NCBI GenBank assembly: GCA_002189035.1
Contig: CM007989.1
Location: forward strand, 7,440,001 to 7,504,000
Reading direction: 5' to 3'
Length of the DNA: 64,000 nt
DNA from: Utricularia gibba
Taxonomy: Eukaryota; Plantae; Magnoliophyta
A program made the translations under genes and the position numbers. Positions 26,933 through 42,558 of this stretch are shown in pieces (position 1 is the first letter of the stretch; each line of letters starts with the position of its first letter). Below the pieces are notes generated by a model. It made no database searches. It was not told the origin of the DNA and saw nothing but the letters and a program-made list of their open reading frames with translations.

Positions 26933-27216
26933 CGCCGCCTAATGGGGCTTTCAAAATCCAAACGATGGCTCATTTCTCTATAAGCCAATTCAGTTGCATA
27001 TTGAAATCAGTACAATGCAGCACTGAAGAATGTAACATACGAGCAGCTTGAGTACGCAAAAGGTTCCACACAAGAGTGGCCTACTAGAGATGATGATTAC
27101 GGTATCGTTCAACCCAAAACAGGACACAGAAACAAGAAAAGTACTGTTGCATGCATACAGCACAGATAATAGCGAAGGCAGCAGTAAACCCGATTTACTG
27201 ATAATCGAAAGGCATT

Positions 27217-28929
<1,713 letters not shown>

Positions 28930-29834
28930 TTTCTTTCACGTCTGCGTCGTCGAAAGGAGAGAGAGAGGAGAACGGGAACTGTCACTAGGGTTTTGCAAAA
29001 GTGATTAGAAAGAGCCCAACGGCCAGCATTTATATTGAGGGACTGCAATTTGAAATTTAAATTTTTGTTTTTGGACGGGGGCCCGCCTAATACGTGACCA
29101 CACCCGAGGATGCACGTGGCTGGTTTTCCTCATGGGCCCTTTCACTGGTCATACGAAATTTATTCGGTTTCCGAAATCAATTTCTAATAAAACATATATT
29201 AATAATTATAATTTTTATTTTTTAAAATAAAAGAATCTATAACAAACAAACACTATTTAATTGTGATTTTCGAAAAATATTTTTAATAAAATAAGTTGGA
29301 TATTTATGATTTAATAAAAAATTATAAATTGAATTTAAATTCCAAAAAAAACACCATCATAAATGCTTTAGTCAATTGATTTTTAACGTAATTTCCTTAA
29401 TTTGAAAATGAGATATTTTCGCGTGTTTTATAATTTCTGATATGGGCTTGCTACAGTCCTTTTTTAAATAACCCTAATCCAATCCATTCACCAGGCCCAG
29501 GTCCAGTTGAAACTCATGATTTTTTAAATTTGGTTTTGATAATTTTTTTAAAAAATTATAATTATTAAAAAATTATAATTATTAAAAATTAATTTTATTT
29601 TAATAATATTTCTTAATGGATTAAATCTATTTCTACTGAATATAAAAATAATTCAATCCAAAATCATGGAAAATTATTTTGATGTGGTTAATTAAAGATG
29701 TAATATAAATGAAAAATAAAAAGCCCAAATAGTTATTATAAATGAAATAAATAAATAAATAATATCCGGGGGGCACGCGACATTTGCTTTCATTCCAGCA
29801 TCTTTCATCGGGCCATTTGCCTCCTCTCTCCCAC

Positions 29835-30348
29835 ATGGCTCAGGTACCGGCTGCTCATCTTTCAGCTTCGGACGTACGAAAAAAATGCTTCTTCATTCTG
29901 CATCCAATGATTTCTTGTTTTCTGCAGAAGGTAGTGCTCAGGATTCTTAGCATGACCGATGAGAAAGCGAAGCAGAAGTCTATTGAAGCGGTTGCTGATA
30001 TACTTGGTGACTTCCTTTCTGTTGAAGTTTGATTCTGATGTCCAAAGGGGTGTTGGGGAGTTTGTCAGATTGTGGATTCATATTAAATGGGTTCTCTTTT
30101 CTTTTGCGAATTCAGGGGTTGACGCCATAGCCGCAGATATGAGCAACCACAAGCTGACGGTGATCGGAGAGATGGATGCGGTTGCGGTGGTGAAGAAACT
30201 GAAGAAAATGGGGAAAGTCGAAATTATATCCATCGGTCCAGCGAAGGAGGAGAAGAAAGAAGAGAAGAAAGAGGAGAAGAAGGAAGAACGCAAGGAGGAA
30301 AAGAAGGAGGAGAAGAAAGAGGAGAAAAAAGCAGAAGCAAAGCATTGA
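29835..30348 (+). CDS. HMA-fold protein with an EEKK-repeat tail (At5g23760-like). Exons 29835-29843, 29928-30006, 30116-30348
   Basis: MAQ|KVVLRILSMTDEKAKQKSIEAVADIL|GVDAIAADMSNHKLTVIGEMDAVAVVKKLKKMGKVEIISIGPAKEEKK. No CxxC motif and no CaaX box. Confidence 0.88.
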
Positions 30349-30904
30349 GATTTTTACAGGGAAAGAACGCAGAAGCAAAGCTTTTGATCTTGATCTGAGC
30401 TTCTCTCTCTCTATTCATTTGATGATACATGTCACACAGTTTCTGTAACATAAAGGGATAGCTTCAATTTGCATCTGTGACTCAGAGTCATAGATAAGGA
30501 GATGGGAAAAGAAGAGAGAGGAAGTGGTGGCAGACATGAACCACCCACAGCATGACATGCCCCAGTTTTTGATGCATCACAGGAAAAAAAGAGAATTTTT
30601 ATCAATCTGAAAGTCAAATGTAAAATGTAAAACATACAGAGGGGAGCCCAAGTAACCACATAGAGTAAAGATCCCTCTGTTGGCTATCTCATGCTCTTGC
30701 AAGTTGGTCTAAAGAAATGCTTAACACTCAAGGGAATGAGAACTAACACATTTGCATTTTACATCCATTGGAATTCACCAGTTCACAACAAATCATACAG
30801 AGCATGGCAGAAACAATATGAATTAATCAGTATTACAGCAAGAAGAATATGTGATAATTTGTGTTGGGATGGTGAGTCATATGCCCCAGAAATTGAACTG
30901 ATTC

Positions 30905-33766
30905 CTATATGGGCCTCCAGAAACCCTTTTTACAGACAAGATACTGATCACGGATCACGCTCACAGACCAATGGAGAGATTTCAGAAGTGGTGTAATTTT
31001 CCCTAGTGTATCAACTTCATCCTGAACTAGAACATATCCGCCTGGCCTCAGCATACGATCCATCTCCGTTACTATTTCAATCATTCCGCACCTGATGCAG
31101 GAAAAAACACAGAGCTCAGCACAACCCAATGATGACAGACACAACAAGAGCAGGAGTGAGTGGAAAGCTACCTGTTGGTCAAGTTCCTGAAAAGAAATGA
31201 TGCGTGCAGAAGATCATACGATCGAGGATAAGTATTAAATGATTCGCACCAATCATGGTACATTCCTAACAGCCCTCGATCCAAAATGATGGACAAAGTG
31301 TCTGGTTGGTCGATGGGAACAACATTCATTACCCACAGAGGTTGATCAATAAGTGCAGCAGCAAAACTGTAACAGCCCACAATCAGAGACATGCATTAAC
31401 AGAACAATATTAACAACTTATTTTCCTGTCATAATAAGGATTTAGCCATCATACCCTCCATAACCTGCATTCATATCGAGAACATTCCGAACACTTGTCC
31501 AGTTGACATTCAGGCTTCCAATATAAACCTCTGAAATGAGTGAAGACCAGTGCACTGTATCCCGTTTGAAAGCTTCTTCAGCTTCTGCTTGATGCAGGAG
31601 GCTTACAGGTGTGTCAGTGAGCCTTGTTGGCCAGGGAGCCGGCCATTTTTTTGAGTTAGAAGGGAGTTGGACGATGCACCGTTCAAGAGGCACATACCTA
31701 AAGATAACAAGATGATCAAATTTTGCCATAAATTACCCCAAAAACTTATACGATGCTAACTGTTAAAGGATACCATGAATTATTGGGTCTGGTAGGCTGA
31801 TCACAGAGAGGTGGGCCATTCACTTTTCGGTTGTTATAGCAGGATGAGGACACTGGTTTTTGATAAATAACCAGGCCGACATGAGAAGCAGAAAGGAAAG
31901 TCTTTGCCACAACTTTCCAGCAGATAGATTCCGTCAATTCCACCATTGCTGCATTTGCACAAAAGTATTATGATGAATCTGTACATGATGAGCAGCAAGA
32001 TTTTTTTTTTTCTCCAGCAACAATATAGTATACGGGATTACTAACTTTTCCAGACGTTCTTATGCCGCTCGTCATTTCTGTAGACTGGCGTGGCTGACCA
32101 TACAAAATATGCTCCAGGCCTCATGACTCTGTTAAGTTCCAGCAACGGTTTCCCACCTGCGATTTTATTGAATGATGATGCAACCACTGAAAAATAGGAG
32201 GAAGTACACATTTGGAATGAGAAGATACCATCTCCATGCCAGTGCACCCGGCACCTTGCACAGTGAATCAAATCAAAAGCATTATCAGGAAATGCCAGCT
32301 TCTGCGTCCCAATGACTGAGAGTGTTGCAGGAATTCCACGCTCGAGAGCAAACTGTATTTGAGCTTCATGTTCATCTTTTGGGGCAAAGGACATGGCCAT
32401 GACATTTCTATCCAACAAAGCGCCACCAAAGCTGGCTACACCACAGCCGACATCTAAAACTACCCTCGTTTTCTTCCCCCATTGAATATCTCGTTTAGTC
32501 TGGAGTAACAAAGAAAGAAGAAACATGATGACAAAAGATCAAATGAGAGATACATTCAGATGAACAGCTGATCAATTGGAAATGCATAATAAAATGCTAT
32601 GTGTAAAGTTTTAACTAGTTTACAAGTATAATGCTATAACCATTCATTGAAACACGAGAAAAAAACAAGATGCACTCGCACTCTAAATGTCTACTCGCTC
32701 AATCAGAAATCACAATGCATTACCTCCTCAAGAGACTTGATGTAATAATCAACGCCATTACTGAACTGTGTACCTCCACCAGGAAAAATGAAATAATCTC
32801 CAGATTTCACGACCCAGTGCTGATCTTTCTTATATTCCACAAGTTTGGGGTGAGGGACGTTGGTATACCATATCTGACACAAGCAAATCGAGGATGCTTC
32901 AGTTGAAAAAAAACCGTCTTGCGTTACAAAAAAGTGCAAAATCTGTTTTCAAGTTTTCATTAACACATTAGACGACCAAGAGGAGAACCATTCATTGTTT
33001 ACAATAACTTAAGTTTAGGAAAAAATAATCGAGTCCAACAACTAGTAACCCGTAAAGCCTCCCAGCAAAAAGTTAATGATCTCACCATATCCCTGCTCTT
33101 AGGCCATGGAACTGGAATTTTGTACCCTTCCGGAAGTGGGATCAAACACCTTGGAGCCCTTTCAGGGCAATGCCTTTCTCTATGTTCCATATGCCTACGA
33201 GACTCCAGCCTCTTTATGGCGCTCCAGTTATCCAAACACGGTATGTAATCTGTTGCCACTGGACCCTTACAAAGTTCCCATTCGACATCCATCACCTGCC
33301 CATCATCATCCACAGCCGTAACGGCACTTGAACTGCTTGAAGGATCAGTACTGGCACTCCCATTAAAATTGGCGTTAATGGATTCACTAGGAGGTGACGC
33401 CACAGACGCAGACGAAACTTCCGATCTAGGAGAAAAGGGTCCTCCATCTTCGACCGTAGAATTCGTCAAAAACGGGTTCCCTTCCAAAAACGAAGCATTT
33501 GATACAGAAGGGCTTTCCCCAGAAGGCAACCCACTAGATGCAGGAGTGGTTTCGGCAGAAGAATGGTTTCCTCCAGACACCGAAGCATTCGACGAAGAAT
33601 GATGTTCGCGTGTAATTACCTCCTGATCAGTCAAACTGGTGGTGGCGAGAATCGGCGACTGGGAGTTGGTGATGAGAACAAAAGTAACAAAAATAAGCAA
33701 AAGGAAGAAGGCGAATATGAAGGGGTACTTTCTTTCCTTGAAGATACTCGGCACTGATATCGCCAT
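30905..33766 (-). CDS. Putative Golgi SAM-dependent methyltransferase (PMT22/23-like, DUF248), 8 exons
   Basis: N-terminal signal-anchor, then [92 protein letters not shown] and [10 protein letters not shown]. Confidence 0.95.
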
Positions 33767-34149
33767 CTCCAGGATCGACGACGTTTCGTATCTAGAATAC
33801 GTTCATTTCCTAATACAATGAACAAATAATGAACCCAGAGAAGAGATCTTGAACCGACGGCCGTTCACTTGATCCGGAGGAAGGAAAACTCGAGGTTCGG
33901 AAAATTGCAGTTAAACGCTGAAAGCAACAGTCAGATTTTGAGCTGAGGTAAAGCTGGTGTCTGCCTGCCTGCGACTTGAACCAAAAGGAACAATTACTAA
34001 ATTATCCCTGGCCCAGTGGCCCGAGAATACCTGCGGGTGGTTATTTCTCTTCTCTTGTGGCAGCGTCCGGTTCTCATCCCCGCGCCGGATTCGTGAACTC
34101 GATCAATTCGCTATTGTTTCAGTGGATACGTAGCGCGGAACTGGTTGGA

Positions 34150-37100
34150 ATGCTGCGAAGGTACGAGCGCGCTGTTCTAAGTGCTCAATTGCTTCTGGAT
34201 CCTTTTGACTTTGTCTCTCATTTTCGGATTTTAGGGTTTTCTGTTGTTGGATTTGTTGCGCTTGCTTGTTTTTTTGGCTTATCTCGCGTTGCCTTATTTG
34301 CGTAGGTCTGTTTCGGAGCTTGCTTCGCGTGGTTCATTTAGAAGGGTTCCATGGCGGACTACAGCTCAGGCAAGCTTCCTGTGTTTCTGGGTGTTAATTG
34401 TTGTATAATTTCCTGTTTGATGAGACTTGGGTTCTCTTTTGTGTAATGGGCGGTCACCTATTTTTTCGACAAATTTTGTCATTGTGCAGGTTCCTTCATA
34501 CCTTTCTTCTAGATCATTCTCAGCTCATCACGAAAATGATCCTGACTCAGGCGGTAAGACTCAGAGCAATTTGGCCAAAATTGTTGCAGGAAGTGCTGTC
34601 CTTGGTTCTGCCCTTTTTGCTGCTTCCTACTATGGGTTTCTTGATGGAACTCTTCGCAAAGAGGCTTCAAAGAATGATAATAAAAACTTACAGACGTCGA
34701 AAGAGATACATTCAGGCATCTCGGGTGCTAGTGCCAGCGATGGAAGAGAAGGTGCTGCTGTGCAAAATGAGGTTCCACTGAAAGACCCGACCATAAGAGA
34801 AGAAGGTCAGATATTCTCTGCAGAAGATGCACCAGGTGATAGCGCTGGTCGTGTTTTAGGAGAAGGTCATACTGATCCTGATAGGAATTTGTCGCTGGAT
34901 GATGCAACATGTAATCCAGAAGCAGTGCATGATAACTCTGATCGTGTTGTGGGAGAAGGTTTTGGTGAGCCTGAAAGCAATTTGCCTTTGGATGATGCAA
35001 CAAGTAAACCAGTTGAGGACGGTTCTTCCTTTGAAAGCCCAGAGATGAAGCAAAGTGAGGATGAGAACAAGGTTGTTGAAATGACACCTACTTTTCCTTC
35101 TCTGAACACTAATGCAGCCGAGTTTAAAGCTATATCAGCTGAGGAAAGCCTTCCTAAAGAATCTGAAGAGGTAAAAATGGATATGGTCTGTAGTAACCAG
35201 GTTATTTCCTGTCCCTTTAAGCTCTATGAAATGATCCATACCGGTTCTTTTTGGAGAATTTTGTAGTTTATCGATGGAGATGTGGAAAAGCGGCCTGCCT
35301 CCCTCCTAGATGATTATGGCTTGGGTGGAAATTCTGTAGAAGTTAATTCAACTCCATACCAGAAAGATAAGGTTGGTAAAGAAAGTTGACCTTCAGGAGC
35401 CTCATGATCTGTTCCGCTTGTTTTTCTCTTCAAGAATCGTTAACATCTTTCTTTGCATTTCATGATGTCTGTTTTGATATTCAAGGAGGATAATCGTCGT
35501 AGCTATATAAACGAGGATGGAAAATTGGTAATAGACTTTTTGGAAGCGTTGCATGCTGCTGAGAAGATACAGGCAGAGCTTGATGCGAAGTCCTTTGCAG
35601 AGGAGAAGAGGGTGATGAAGGTCAAAATCAAGTTTTACTTTCCCTCTCTTCATTTAGATTATGTCATGATAGGGTTGTATAATTAACACAGGTATCAACT
35701 CATTCAGGATAAATATGAAAAGGAGCTTAAAGATGTAAGAGTTCGGGAACTCATGTATGCTGAGAGAGAAGCCACACTGGAAAAGGTTTCCTACAACTCA
35801 AGATTGCTTATTATGGTGTCTCTTTCATAAATTTGTGTCAGTATTTGAAGTAAAATGGGACCAAAATCTGTTCTTTTTTAAGGAATTAAATAAGGAAAAA
35901 TTGAGAGCAGCAGCTGCACTGAAGTCCCTTCAAGAAAACTTGGAACAAAAATTCATAACAGAAATCGAGCTAAAGGTAGCAGTGATAACCCGAAGTTGTG
36001 AGTGTTTTCATAATAGATTCTAGAGTTGTCTTGGTATCTTTGTACCATCTCGAGTTTTCGGTTTTGCAGGAAAAGGAGGTGGAGCGCAAGCTGGCAGAAC
36101 TACGGGATGTATCAACGGCTGAATTGGCTGCTGCCATTGCAAGTGAGAAGGCCTCCCATTTAGAGAAGATGACAGAAGCAAATCTTCATGTATGATACTA
36201 CTCTTTTTTTTTTAAACCGTAGGTTGAATTCAGAGAGTAAATTGAAGCTCTGTGTCCAGAATCCTGCTAGAAAATGGCATTGTGAAACTGGAGGATGCAT
36301 CACTGAGATGCCATAGTCAGATTATAGATGATGCTTGAAACATGGGATGGATACAATAGCCTTAGAAAACCTGTTTTGTTTTTCTGTTATCTACTTACTT
36401 TCATGGGAAGGAAACAATAAAACGTTGAAAAACATGGGGAAGAAACCTGTTTCTTTCTTGCTTCGTATCTTATCTACTTAATTTCACTTTTTTTTTAACT
36501 GGTTCTGATTGGAGGATTAACAGCGTTTTTCTCATTGTAGATTAATGCATTGTGTATGGCTTTCTATGCACGTTCTGAAGAGGTTCGCCACAAGCATTCT
36601 GCTCACAAGCTTGCCTTGGTAATATCTCCTTTCTCAATGTGATTTTTTATACAAATTTTCAGCAATGTAGCTCCCTCTGCTTACTACATGTTGGAATGTT
36701 TTATTGTAGTTGGGATTTTCATACGTACATGATTTTCTTGCGTTTTTTCCCTAATCCGTTCAGGGCGCTCTAGCACTAGAGGATGCGTTGGCTAAAGGGC
36801 TGCCTCTTCAAAAGGAAATAGAGGGCCTCCGGACGAATCTTGCAGATTCAGATGAAGACATGCTTATGGCAATGGTTCTCTCATCCCTTCCAGAAGATTT
36901 GCAAACAAACGGGACCAAAACCCTTCCCCAGTTGTATCAAAAGGCAACACTTACAACACTTATTCATTAACCACTCATCTTCCCACAATCCAACTTTATA
37001 TTCTCCATTTCTGCAGTTTGAGGAATTGAAGGGAACACTGAGACATTTCAGCCTAATCCCTCCTGGCGGTGGTGGTGTATTAGCTCACACGTTAGCTTCT

Positions 37101-37530
37101 GTCGCATCGTGGATAAAGGTGCTGTTCCCTTTTCTTCTCACATAATGAACTCATTGGATGTCGAGGCCGTAAGCATTTGATAGTAGAACCTATCCTAGAA
37201 TTCCAAGGGGTGTATGAGTTCTTCATTACCTGAACAATATCCATTTTAACAGCATTGTGTTGTGAATACATTATAGTTGCTTCCCCCTGCCCATAGGTTA
37301 AAGAGGCCGATTTCTCAGGCGATGGAATCGAGTCTGTGATCAACAAAGTCGACACCCTGTTGGCCCAAGCAAAGCTGTGTGAAGCTGCAGAGAGTCTTGA
37401 GATTGGAGTTGAAGGCACGCAGGCCGCAGAGGTTGTAGGTGAATGGGTCAGAGAAGCGAGGAGCAGGGCGATCGCCGAGCAGGCACTGGAAGTGCTGCAA
37501 GCGTACGCCACTTCCATCAGCTTCACATAA
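34150..37530 (+). CDS. MIC60: MICOS subunit MIC60/mitofilin, 12 exons including two GC-AG introns
   Basis: MLR|RSVSELASR presequence, a single TM (IVAGSAVLGSALFAASYYGFLD), coiled coils, INALCMAFYARSEE, HKLALGALALEDAL, LRHFSLIPPGGGGVL and WVREARSRAIAEQAL. Confidence 0.93.
34847..35032 (+). repeat. 93-nt (31-aa) tandem duplication inside the MIC60 coding sequence
   Basis: GRVLGEGHTDPDRNLSLDDATCNPEAVHDNS / DRVVGEGFGEPESNLPLDDATSKPVEDGSS; the similarity is also visible at DNA level (cgtgttttaggagaaggt vs cgtgttgtgggagaaggt; ctggatgatgcaaca vs ttggatgatgcaaca). Confidence 0.8.
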
Positions 37531-38775
37531 ATGGAGCCTTTTTTTTGTTTGAAGATAAATAATTCACCAGAGAGTGAGTTTTTTTTGTATCTGGGATTCC
37601 TGTGATTGTTCCCTCAGTCGAAGGGAAACCAAGGGAAGGCCGATAATGTGAACATTTCACACTCAACTTGTTGGTCAAGACATTGAGACAAGTATAAGGT
37701 TGGTTTATAGCGAATTTAATAAAATTATGTTGTTTTGTATATAGATATAATTATATTAATTGTATGGATATAATTATTATTAAATATAATTATATTAATA
37801 TATAATAATATATGAATATAATTATATACAAGAGAGAATATAAATATTTTTATAGTTATATATTTAATTAAATCTAAATAATTTAAATTAGTTAAAATTT
37901 AATTCAACCATCTAAACAAAGTCTCGGGATATTTACAAGCTCAAATTTATAGAATTTAAACATTTTTGAAAAATTCAAAATTTTAGAATCATTTATTATT
38001 TTTTAAATAGCTTCATATCCCTATTTTATATTTTTAGAAATATTTTTCAAAAAATATTGAGAATGTTTAATAAAAATAAAAGAAGAAAAAAAGGACAAGT
38101 GACTGTGGCGGCCGCTTACCGCAATCTACACTGTTGCTGAGTCAAATCTGGAGTGATATAAAAAAGGAGAAACCAGGCTCTCGCTATCCTTCGTCCTAGG
38201 AGTGACTTCGACCGTAGGCCGCAATTAGCCTCTGAATTCGGTCTTACCTCAAATCGCCTGGGGGTAAGATCACATCCTTCCTATATTTTAGACAAGCAGC
38301 TCGTAATTCTCCGGAGCTCTTCCTTTTCTTTCTTGTTTCTTTGTATTTTTGGCTGACTCGGTTTATTCGTCATCTTTTTGTTATTTTCTTGATGAATCTG
38401 GTTATTTTTACTCGTTGATCCGTCGTTCTAATGTTTTTTTTTTTTTTTTGTTGCGGGGGTGATGTTTGTCCTGTTATTTATTTTTTAAGGCGGCTGCGAA
38501 GTTGAAGAGAGATTCTTTATTTACGATGCTTTGATTGAAAATCAGCTGTTTGTTCTTTTTTTTTTTTTTCCAATAAGCCGTTGGACAAGTTTCTTCCTTT
38601 CCATCATGTATGCATATGTGTATCATACTTCGATGGTTTGTCGGATTTACTACGGTTGTTGAAGTTAGAAACCACTTTGTTCCTTCTTTTAGTTGGTTTA
38701 CATCTGCGGTATGTATTAGTTTCTTGAAGTATGAAACTCGTGAATGGTAACGCATCTTATTTTTAGTAGCATACG

Positions 38776-39273
38776 ATGGCGTTGGCGACAACCGAAATCT
38801 GTGACTCCAATGCATCGCTCATCTCTAGTGGCAATCTACGGGCACTTCAGCCAAATTTCGTTATCTATGGTCGGAGGCAAGTCTTCTCAGGCCAAATAGT
38901 TACTCTAAAAGTGTTTGAAGACAACGTTTTTGTACGGCAATTTCTCGAGGAAAAGGGCCATGGAAGGGTTCTTGTTGTTGATGGTGGCGGTAGCCTGAGA
39001 TGTGCAGTTTTGGGTGGCAACGCTGTAGTGCAAGCCCAGAACAATGGATGGGCTGGTATAGTAGTCAATGGGTGCGTTAGAGATGTGGATGAGATCAATG
39101 GCTGTGACATAGGAGTCAGAGCCCTGGCATCGCATCCCATGAAAGCCAACAAGAAGGGAGTCGGAGAAAAGCATGTTCCTGTGCACATCGGTGGCACCCG
39201 AATCTGTGATGGGGAATGGCTCTATGCAGACACTGATGGAATCTTGATTTCCAGCACGGAAGTGGCTGTTTGA
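38776..39273 (+). CDS. RraA-family protein / putative 4-hydroxy-4-methyl-2-oxoglutarate aldolase, single coding exon
   Basis: VTLKVFEDNVFVRQFLEEKGHGRVLVVDGGGSLRCAVLGG, GWAGIVVNGCVRDVDEINGCDIGVRAL and WLYADTDGILIS. Confidence 0.95.
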   Translation: MALATTEICDSNASLISSGNLRALQPNFVIYGRRQVFSGQIVTLKVFEDNVFVRQFLEEKGHGRVLVVDGGGSLRCAVLGGNAVVQAQNNGWAGIVVNGCVRDVDEINGCDIGVRALASHPMKANKKGVGEKHVPVHIGGTRICDGEWLYADTDGILISSTEVAV

Positions 39274-39532
39274 GAACATTCATACTAAAGCTCTATGGTC
39301 CGTCCATTGGAAGAAGATGGAACTTATCATAACTGGCGATGTATTTGTATTCCACTTATCCCTGAACTGCGTAGATGCTTTGCAGACAAGATTCATGCTC
39401 GTCTGGTGTAATAAACTGATAAGGGGTGATTCGCATTTCACTTGAATTATAGCCGTTATTTCCGATCCTTTTTCAACTGACAACGGATGCATTGATGCAA
39501 ATATGGTTGTGTATTTCATGAATTTTGTATGT

Positions 39533-42500
39533 TCAGTTTTTCTTGGGACCTTTCAGATTTCGAAGGCTCATTACAAGCTGTTGTCTTTCACCTTCTACCT
39601 CCGCAAACTTGAGGCTTATTTCGGAGTACCTCTCCCGCATATCCTTCAGTTCCTGTTCCATTCTGCTGTTTTGCTCCTTCAGTGATTCCACTTCACCTGA
39701 AGAAATGGAATTATTGACACTGCTCTCTCGTGTAGTTGTAAGGTCTTGTGACTTCATATATTCAGTGCTCGGGATTCCTACAGGTTGCTCCGGTTCCATA
39801 GGCATCTGTGGAATATACGCAACATGTGATCTGATACAAGGAATCGGATGTGGAAATGATTGTTTTCTATATTGTGTGGTTACCTGCTCTTTCTTGCTTA
39901 AGTCATCTCGCAGCTTTGAAATCTCTTTCTTCAGGTCTTCCTTCTCTGACTTGAGGTCAAGCAGTTGGTTCTTGACTTCACTGTTCTTGAGTCGTAGTTT
40001 CCTTACCTCCAGATGCAAATTTTCTTCCTTCGCCTTCTTCTGGTTGATCTGAAACTTCATGGATGCATTTTCTTCTGTCAATTTATCTGCCTCTTTTCTG
40101 ATCGAAGTTAGCTGTCTCTCTAGATCTTCTTTTTGCAACGTCAACCTCTGTAGCATCTCCAATTCGTTTTTGGTTTCTACAGATTCATTGACGTGATGTG
40201 CTCCATCTTCTGCTATTACAAGCTCCTTGTTACTTTCTGCAGCCCCCTCATGAAGTCTGCCATGCTCATTATGATTTGCTTCATATTGGCTTCTTAGAAT
40301 TTGAAGCTCCTTGTCTGCTTCTTGGAGAAGTTGCTGTAGGATTTCATTTTCCTTCCGCGTATTGCTAGCTTCCGCGTTTGCTTGGTTTGTCAGTTTCTCA
40401 TATTCTTCAAATCTCATTGAATTTTCAGCATCAAGCTGCAGGAATTCCTCCTTGAGTTTCTGGATCGTATCTGCATTAGTCCGCCTCGTCTTCCTCAAGG
40501 CTTCTTCAGCTGTTACCGCTCTCTTTCCCAACTCAACATTTTCTGAGCGTAGTGTCTCTAGATCCTGCTCTGCGAGTTGTTCTTGCTTTTTCAGTTCTTC
40601 CCGCAGAGTCTCCACCTGAACCTCAAGCTGGTTAATCATATTTAAGGCTTCAGTATACTGAAGCAGCTGCCTTTCATTCTCTGCTTCCAGATTTGCTACT
40701 CGTACTTTGAAATGCTTCACTTCTGAAGACAGTTCCTTGCATGATTTTTCAACGTCCATTTTTTCTCTTTCCATTTGATCTAACTTGAAGTATAGTTCCT
40801 TGTTTTCTGTTTCTAAGCTTTCATAATCCTCAGTGAGGTTTTCTGCCTCCTTACGAATATTTGCTTTCTCCTTTTTAAGGAGTTCTATTTCAGCCTTAAG
40901 CTTTTCCATGTTCTGCAAGCTTTCTGCTTCCTCCGCAGTTCTGTCATATTTTTCCACATCTCTCAATATTCTTCTGTCTTCTTGCAGGTCAATTTTCTTA
41001 CTCAATGATCCACTTTGGAGTGCCATGATTTTATTGGACAGGTCAGATATTTCTGCTTCTTTCTGATCTAACTTCTTGGTCAGATCCTCTATGGCAAGAA
41101 CATATTCACAGTTTGAGTCTTCAATCTCCTGTAGCTGTAACTTCAGCCTCTTACTCGAAAGCTTTTGATTTTGAAGCTCACGCTGGGTGCTCTCCAGTGT
41201 AGCTTTGATGTCATCAATTTCTTGTTTCTTCCCAGAAACAATTCCATCATCCCATGTTCTGAAAGGCCTGAGACGTTCACATTCTGCCTCAAGGGCACCT
41301 TTTTCTTGTTTCAGGCGGACGATTTGCGCAGTCAGCTGCTCCACATTTCTCATTTCCTTCATCATTTGCTTCCGAAGTGATTCCATCTCTAACTCAGAAA
41401 CTTCCAACTTTCTTTCCAACATCTTAACCTCGTTTCTCAGTGAAGTCTCCTTCATCCCATTCCTAGTCTCTGGCTCACTGTTGTCTGATTCGGCATCACC
41501 CATGCTCCCCTCCTGGTCATCGTTTAGAGGCGTTTCCCCACTGAACTCATAGCTCTGTACAGTGGAAAGCAGCATTCTGAATATGGATCATGAATGGATG
41601 CATACTCTTTACACTGGTTTGAATGGTTGGAGACCTTACTTCAGGTGACATGGGATCTTTCTGTCTAGTGCCTTGAGAGTACCTCCCGGAGTCCGTATTC
41701 CAATGGCCGGATACTTCATCCTCCCCTGTGGCTTCACCGACATCATCACACCTGCGATCGTGCAGCTGAAAAAGGCTTACATTCTCGAAATCCAATACTT
41801 TTAACGCAGGAAAGATTATACAAACCCCCACCGTGTACTGGAACCTTCTCCATTCACCCTCTGTACAGTGACCTGACAACAGGAAATCGCCGTCAGCAAG
41901 GTCAAGTTTCAGAGCTCGGCTTCCAGTGTTAGAGATGATTGAAAGGAAAACTAACGTGTAGTATGGTGCCGGATTTCGACGTCTGCAGAGGAAGACTCAG
42001 GTTAACTGGTTTGACGGCATTTACGAGGTCTGCAAAATCAATGGAAACTTCTCCCAGAAATCCGGACTTCGAGGAGCCCTGTGAGGAAGGACGGAAGTCA
42101 GGCTGTTATTCTCTCATCGGAAAGTGTAGTATACGATCGAGTTCTGGGCGAATGCGGTGACCCACCGTGGAAACGACGATGTAGTAGAATTTCTCCCTGA
42201 TGAACCCTGTTTTTGTCTCCTGCACCAGTTTCACAGTTTCATACACGGGCTTCTCCCATATACAGACGCCTTCTAGGATTGGCGCTTTGGGTAACCTCGT
42301 TGTCGGCTTTCCATCATCTACTGGAACAAGAGAGACCACGAGCTTTTTCGACTTCATCTCCGGCACCTGAATCAAATCACCGGTAAGAATTCCGCATATC
42401 CGCAATCCCTAATCTTTATCGCTGTTTTGGGTTCATCGTCATCATGTTGCAGATTTCCGTTCCTGTAGAGTCAACGCATGCAGGGAAAAAGGTACCTGTG

Positions 42501-42558
42501 TAGCATGAAACTGCATTCTGAATACAACCTTGATCTTCTTCTCGCTTCTTCTGAACAT
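39533..42558 (-). CDS. NT-C2 (EEIG1/EHBP1) domain long coiled-coil protein, At5g52280-like, 6 exons
   Basis: MFRRSEKKIKVVFRMQFHATQ|VP..KLVVSLVPVDDGKPTTRLPKA..CIWEKPVYETVKL, GFLGEVSIDFAD, an extended heptad region and the terminal MEQELKDMRERYSEISLKFAEVEGERQQLVMSLRNLK. Confidence 0.92.

Noticed and set aside
29835-30348. HMA-fold protein lacking CxxC and CaaX motifs
   Set aside because: The recalled Arabidopsis homolog (At5g23760-like) has the same features, so this is not novel.
37700-38090. Extremely AT-rich blocks here and near 19930-20260, 24090-24660, 29160-29760 and 61550-62100
   Set aside because: No terminal inverted repeats, target-site duplications or shared sequence could be identified, so they cannot be called MITEs or Helitrons.
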